NCBI GenBank assembly: GCA_977020255.1
Contig: CDROCS010005030.1
Location: forward strand, 1 to 54,368
DNA from: Obrimoposthia wandeli
Lineage: Eukaryota
Direction: 5' to 3'
Length of the DNA: 54,368 bases
The translations under genes and the position numbers were made by a program. The stretch's first letter is position 1. Every line of letters starts with the position of its first letter. Below the pieces are notes generated by a model. That model worked only from the letters and a program-made list of their open reading frames with translations. It was not told where the DNA came from and ran no database searches. Positions 49,891 to 54,368 of the stretch are shown here, piece by piece.

Positions 49891-50421
49891 AAATCTTACC
49901 ACCATTTTCGATAGTTTTGCGACTATATTATTAGTCTGTTTTTATAATACTTCATTATTGTTTCTCCTAATTTTGAGTTTAAACAAAGACAGAAGTATAT
50001 TTCAATTTCTTATAAGATATTTTTATCCAGTATAGATGTATTGATTATATGAGTGAAATTGGAATTTCAAAAGATTAGGTTTTATCAAACCCATCTCTAT
50101 AATTACCAATATATATAATTGATTTACTAAAATCTCACTCATATCGCTGTTTTGTTTAACTTTTTCTACATTGTTGAGTAAATCTAAAGCACTAAACAAA
50201 CTATCAAAAAGATGGGTCATGTACTATTTCCATACTCGAAGCATGAGCTATTATGGTTCCATAAAAGCCAAAAAGCATTTAAAAAAAATCTATCCGTTCC
50301 CTTATCTTCAAATACCTGGATTCATAATACCTTTCTTTTCTTCTGTCGTCACTTCATCAATAGTTTCTTCTCTTCTATAACCCGTGTTGTTGCTAAGTTG
50401 CTGGTGGTGATGAATGTTACT

Positions 50422-50474
50422 GGCGATGGTGTTGGCGATGATGTTGTTGGCGATGATGTTGTTGGCGATGATGT
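50422..50474. repeat. 15-bp repeat ggcgatgatgttgtt (~3.5 copies; TTSSP-like on minus strand)
   Basis: Directly visible. Confidence 0.85.
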
Positions 50475-51810
50475 ATAGTTGTTAAGTTACGATGATGTTG
50501 TTTGGTGCTGAATTGATTTTCTCCATTTTAATAATTCCGGTCAATTTAGTCTATGAGTATTAAAACAAGCGCTGATTTCATTGAGCATCAGGCTTCATCA
50601 TATGATTTGATTGAGTATTATTCAAACCTTCCATTGTACTTAAGATCTCAAGCGTAAAATGTAGCGATGACGCAAATCATAAAGAGTTAAAAATAAAACT
50701 ACACATAAATATTACCTGCTGATTATTTTTCCCAATCATGCCAATATGAACAACTGAAGCAAGATCTTTAATGCATCCCGGTCCCTCTTTGTTCAATAAT
50801 TTATCCATTTATGATAAAGCAAATCAAATATTGGTTTATAAATCCATGAAAATCTAGAGTTTTAGACCAGTTAAACCATTTGCAACATTACAACGTTTGC
50901 AACTATTTGCAAGTAATGACATGTGATGTCTTTTGTTTTATATAAACAATATTTTGATAATGATTTTATTGAAATGGATAATCAAAATAATCAAAATAAT
51001 GAAAAGTGAGCTAGTACATATATAGGTTCTGGTAGTAATTTATATTCTTAATATGAATTATAATAGAAATAATCAGAGAAAATATTAATCCATCAAGTCA
51101 ACAATAACAAGTCCTACCGCGCGTAACCGAAGAACGTGAGCCCTTTTTAAGGATATGATCATCATTGTATTTGATAATGTTAACTAATTGAGAATTAATC
51201 GATTTCTGCAAACAAGAATATTTGTGGACTAATTCAGAATCGAGCTTTTGGCGATAGTCAATTGAATATTTCAATTTATAATTACTGGCGAATTTCGAAA
51301 GTTATATCAACCTATGCATATTATTATGTGATAGATGCACTTTTGAAGAAAGCTCATAACTATAATTTATTTTCCTGTCAACATCGAGCCGCTTAAATTT
51401 GTTCTGCGGGAAATATCAAATTGACTTCTGTGGATAAAGAGAGAATCAATATCTTCTTGACCTTCACTCCGGGAATCAATCCATGCGCTTCAGAAAACAA
51501 ATTCGGTAACAAAGGATCAACTGCCACTTTCACATGAGAATGGAAACAATATAATAGTTAAGCTAGAATATTATCTCAATCAGAATTCATGTGATGTGAT
51601 CAAAGCCCAGTGGATTGAAACTCCATATGGAAAAATAATTGATGCTGTTAGAGAAAGTTTTTGACTAATAAATTTTCTTGTGTCTTTATTTGTATTATTT
51701 ATATATATTATTTATTATTATATTATAAACAATAGTGATACTTTAATATTTTGCATATGTGAAAAATGACTAAAAAAAAACTACTAAATCATTAAAGACT
51801 AAGGTTATTA

Positions 51811-51860
51811 AAAAGACTATGAGTAAAAAGACTATGAGTAAAAAAGACTATGAGTAAAAA
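51811..51860. repeat. 3 x ~16 bp repeat aaaagactatgagta
   Basis: Directly visible. Confidence 0.85.
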
Positions 51861-51981
51861 GAAAATCATGGAAGGTTTGGGTATTCATATGATGGCAGCA
51901 AATCTTTTAGGTAGATGGTTTGGTGGAGTGATAAAAAGCTTATAAAGCACAAAAAAGAATGGATTATTTGGAGAGGTATAC

Positions 51982-54368
51982 AAAAATCAGAAACGAGTGC
52001 AAAAAAAGGATGGTATGCTTGATATTTTTGTAAAATTAGATAAACTTACAAAAGCATTTGAAAAGGATCCAGTGCCTATCTTGGTCCAAAACTAAACTTT
52101 TTAGCAAACCGACCAAAACTTTGTAAATTACATTGCAATATAGATGCAGTATCTTTGTTAGACACATATATATATAAGGCTACGTATAAGAATAAATGCT
52201 AATATTTCCATTGATTTCATGCTAAAGATGATTTGCAATAGATGTGACGTCTTGTTAATAGATATAGATTTTAAGCATGTTAATAAAATAGAATCTTTTT
52301 GACCTTCTCACCATGATCTTTAAGTTGTCCCTTCATGACGTCATGACCTTTAAGCTGGACTTGAAAAGCACATTGTCCTCATCATGACCTTAACTTGACC
52401 TTTAACTCTGACTTGGACTCTCACAGAATCTACATCTTGTCCTCATCGTGACCTTGCTGTCCTTCTGCTGAATTTAAATAAAAAATCAAAATTCTCTCGA
52501 GAAATTTGGACTCCACATCTGTTGGCGTAAAAATTTGAAAGTTCAAAAATTAATTTCAATTTTAGCAAATTTCAAAATTTTCATCGAAATTTCAAACATT
52601 TTTAAAAAATTTCGCGCAAATTTCAAAATTTGACCTAAAGTTTTTGTCCTCATCAAAAAATTTGACCTACATTTTTGACTTGACCTTAAAAAATTTTGTC
52701 CTCGGGGGGGGGGGAGGGGGGGGGCTTTGTGCCAGAAGTGCTACATCTACCTACCTATGTTATTCACTTAAGTTTGAAGATGATATTATGAAATTACATA
52801 ATAAATGTGTTTAATTTTGTATTATTCTCTGACTTCTTTCTTATTTTATTTTTTATTTTAATATATAATTGAAGTTATTAAAGTTAGCCTATCATAATTT
52901 TATAAATGTAAGCCTGGAAAAAAACTTTGATCTAAATTTCATATATAGAATAGTATGTGTGTGATTACGTAATACATTCCTTAATTATAAGAGTGAATTT
53001 AGTTCTTAAATTACATAAAATAGTGTATGTGTGTGTTAAAAACCACATTTCTTAACGATAAGAGTGAATCCTTTATCCTAAATTCTCATTATGGACTGTG
53101 GATCACAAAAAAATGAAGGGTAGAGACTAAGCCACTCTGGATCCTTTGAATTAGTAGTTAGCCAAAAAAGAAGGGTGGAGACTAGACCACAAAAGAAGGG
53201 TAGACTAGACCACAAAAAGAAGGGTGGAGACTAGATCACAAAAAGAAGGGTGGAGACTAAGCTTACTTGGACTTCTTTGAATTAGTGGTTAACCAAAAAG
53301 AAGGGTGGAGACCAGATCACAAAAAAGAAGGGTGGAGACTAAGCCATTTGGACCCTTTCTATAGTGGTATATCTCAAAAAAGAAGGGTGAGACTAAGCCA
53401 CTCTGACCCTTTCATAGTAGAAGAAGGGTGAGTCCAACATCACTTCTGACCCCCCTCTACCCTCCTTCACTCCCTCCTCCTCCTTGGGCAGTGTCACACC
53501 ATAGTGAAGGCCTAAGTCATACCATGGGCCGCTCTCACCTCCGGTGAGGCAACATATACCTGCATGGTGGCAAGACATCCTTATGGTGTGACACCTTTAG
53601 GGGTCAAGGATTCAGACTCCATCCTTCTCACCTACTATAAATCTATTTCCAAAAAGATGAGCGTAACTACTTTAGAGAGGTCAATACCGCGAAGAAGCAT
53701 GGGTTTGTGCCTCTACCCGATCCGTTACCCATGAAAAATCCCCACAAGCAAAATTGAGACATTGCCCACCCATACAAGTTGTTCCTACGTCAATATAGTA
53801 GTTCCGAACCTGGTCCCGCATCCGTCTTGTGCGTATTGACGAAGGTCATTCCTCCTCGAATACTTCCTCGAACGAACATCTAAGTACATCTCCGTCCTGC
53901 AAGGAGTATCTGACTCCTTGATGGAGCAGGACTCGAGTAGTATTGATGGAGCAGGAATCGGAGACGCAGGAGTCGGAGAGATGATATATGGTGGATTTAG
54001 AGACGCAGAGTAGAGGTTATGGTGATCGTGGAAGTTGGAACTGAGAAGGTACTGAATTGACCTCTGAATAAGCAGCGACTTGAACGCGTTAGCGAAAGTC
54101 AAGCCTGAAATGGAAATAATTATTAATAATACAAAGACAAAAAAGCGTAAAATAGCGTTTATAAATAATTTGTAAATATTTGCAAAAAGATGTATTTATG
54201 ATGCAAAACATGAATTATGCTAAAATAATAATGGTCAATTTACCGGGTATACGAAGAAGTTCAGAGGCTCCAGCCCATCGTCAGAGAGAGCCTTGGAGCC
54301 GGAAAGCCGTGAAGACGTCAGCGAGCAGGTACACGTCCATCTTCATGTAGATGAGCATGTAGTCCCAT
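51982..54368 (-). repeat. Right arm of large inverted repeat
   Basis: It is the reverse complement of 46332-48743 and includes TIR, minisatellite, hairpin and pPolB segments. Confidence 0.95.
53637..54368 (-). pseudogene. polB: Inverted copy of pPolB fragment with the same intron (54105-54243)
   Basis: The minus strand reads DYMLIYMKMDVYLLADVFTAFR..., then GT...TTTCAG, then GLTFANAFK... and the GIRGG/YGWAMSQF region with several frameshifts. Confidence 0.82.

Larger units (their letters stand above)
47970..52756. mobile_element. Innermost TIR-bounded non-autonomous element (~4.8 kb; TIRs ~775 bp: 47970-48743 and 51982-52756)
   Basis: It starts AGGTAGGTAGATGT and ends ACATCTACCTACCT. The terminus shares motifs with the 41983 terminus (cttc.ggc..ac..ccccc, aaggtcaa.gt.aaaa.gtaggtcaaattt, agtacacatgatttt). 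The flanks are inverted rather than a direct target-site duplication. Confidence 0.55.
41983..54368. mobile_element. Polinton/Maverick-like composite (nested, rearranged) region; right end not in window
   Basis: It begins with AGTAGAGAG exactly where array homology ends (Polinton termini start with 5'-AG simple repeats). It contains subterminal tandem repeats and protein-primed PolB motifs. No integrase, capsid or packaging ATPase was recognised in the window. Confidence 0.7.

Noticed and set aside
49659-51700. Small ORFs and coding-like patches in the palindrome spacer
   Set aside because: They are fragmented by stops and indels with no recognisable motif. They cannot be assigned without a frameshift-aware search.

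Overview
AT-rich eukaryotic, probably invertebrate animal, DNA in two parts. (1) Bases 1-41982 are a near-identical head-to-tail array of a divergent, intronless TFIIB (GTF2B-like) gene. It has eight ~4.5 kb 'A' units (six intact 315-aa ORFs, two with a 1-bp frameshift) and four ~1.6 kb 'B' deletion units that keep only the last 85 codons. The order is B A B A B A A A A A A B. Each A gene has a CCAAT/TATA(-30)/Inr promoter and an AATAAA signal. (2) At 41983 the array is cut off by a Polinton/Maverick-like region starting with AGTAGAG. This region contains tandem repeats, a frameshifted protein-primed DNA polymerase B gene with a GT-AG intron that splits its conserved PGL motif, two further nested AG-initiated termini, a 123-bp hairpin, a G-quadruplex tract and an SF3-helicase-like remnant. 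A >=2.4 kb inverted repeat (46332-48743 / 51982-54368) runs off the window end. Sequence after ~46 kb looks unpolished (the two arms carry complementary indels), so frameshifts and the large palindrome may be partly technical. All protein assignments are from motif recognition by eye; no database search was run.
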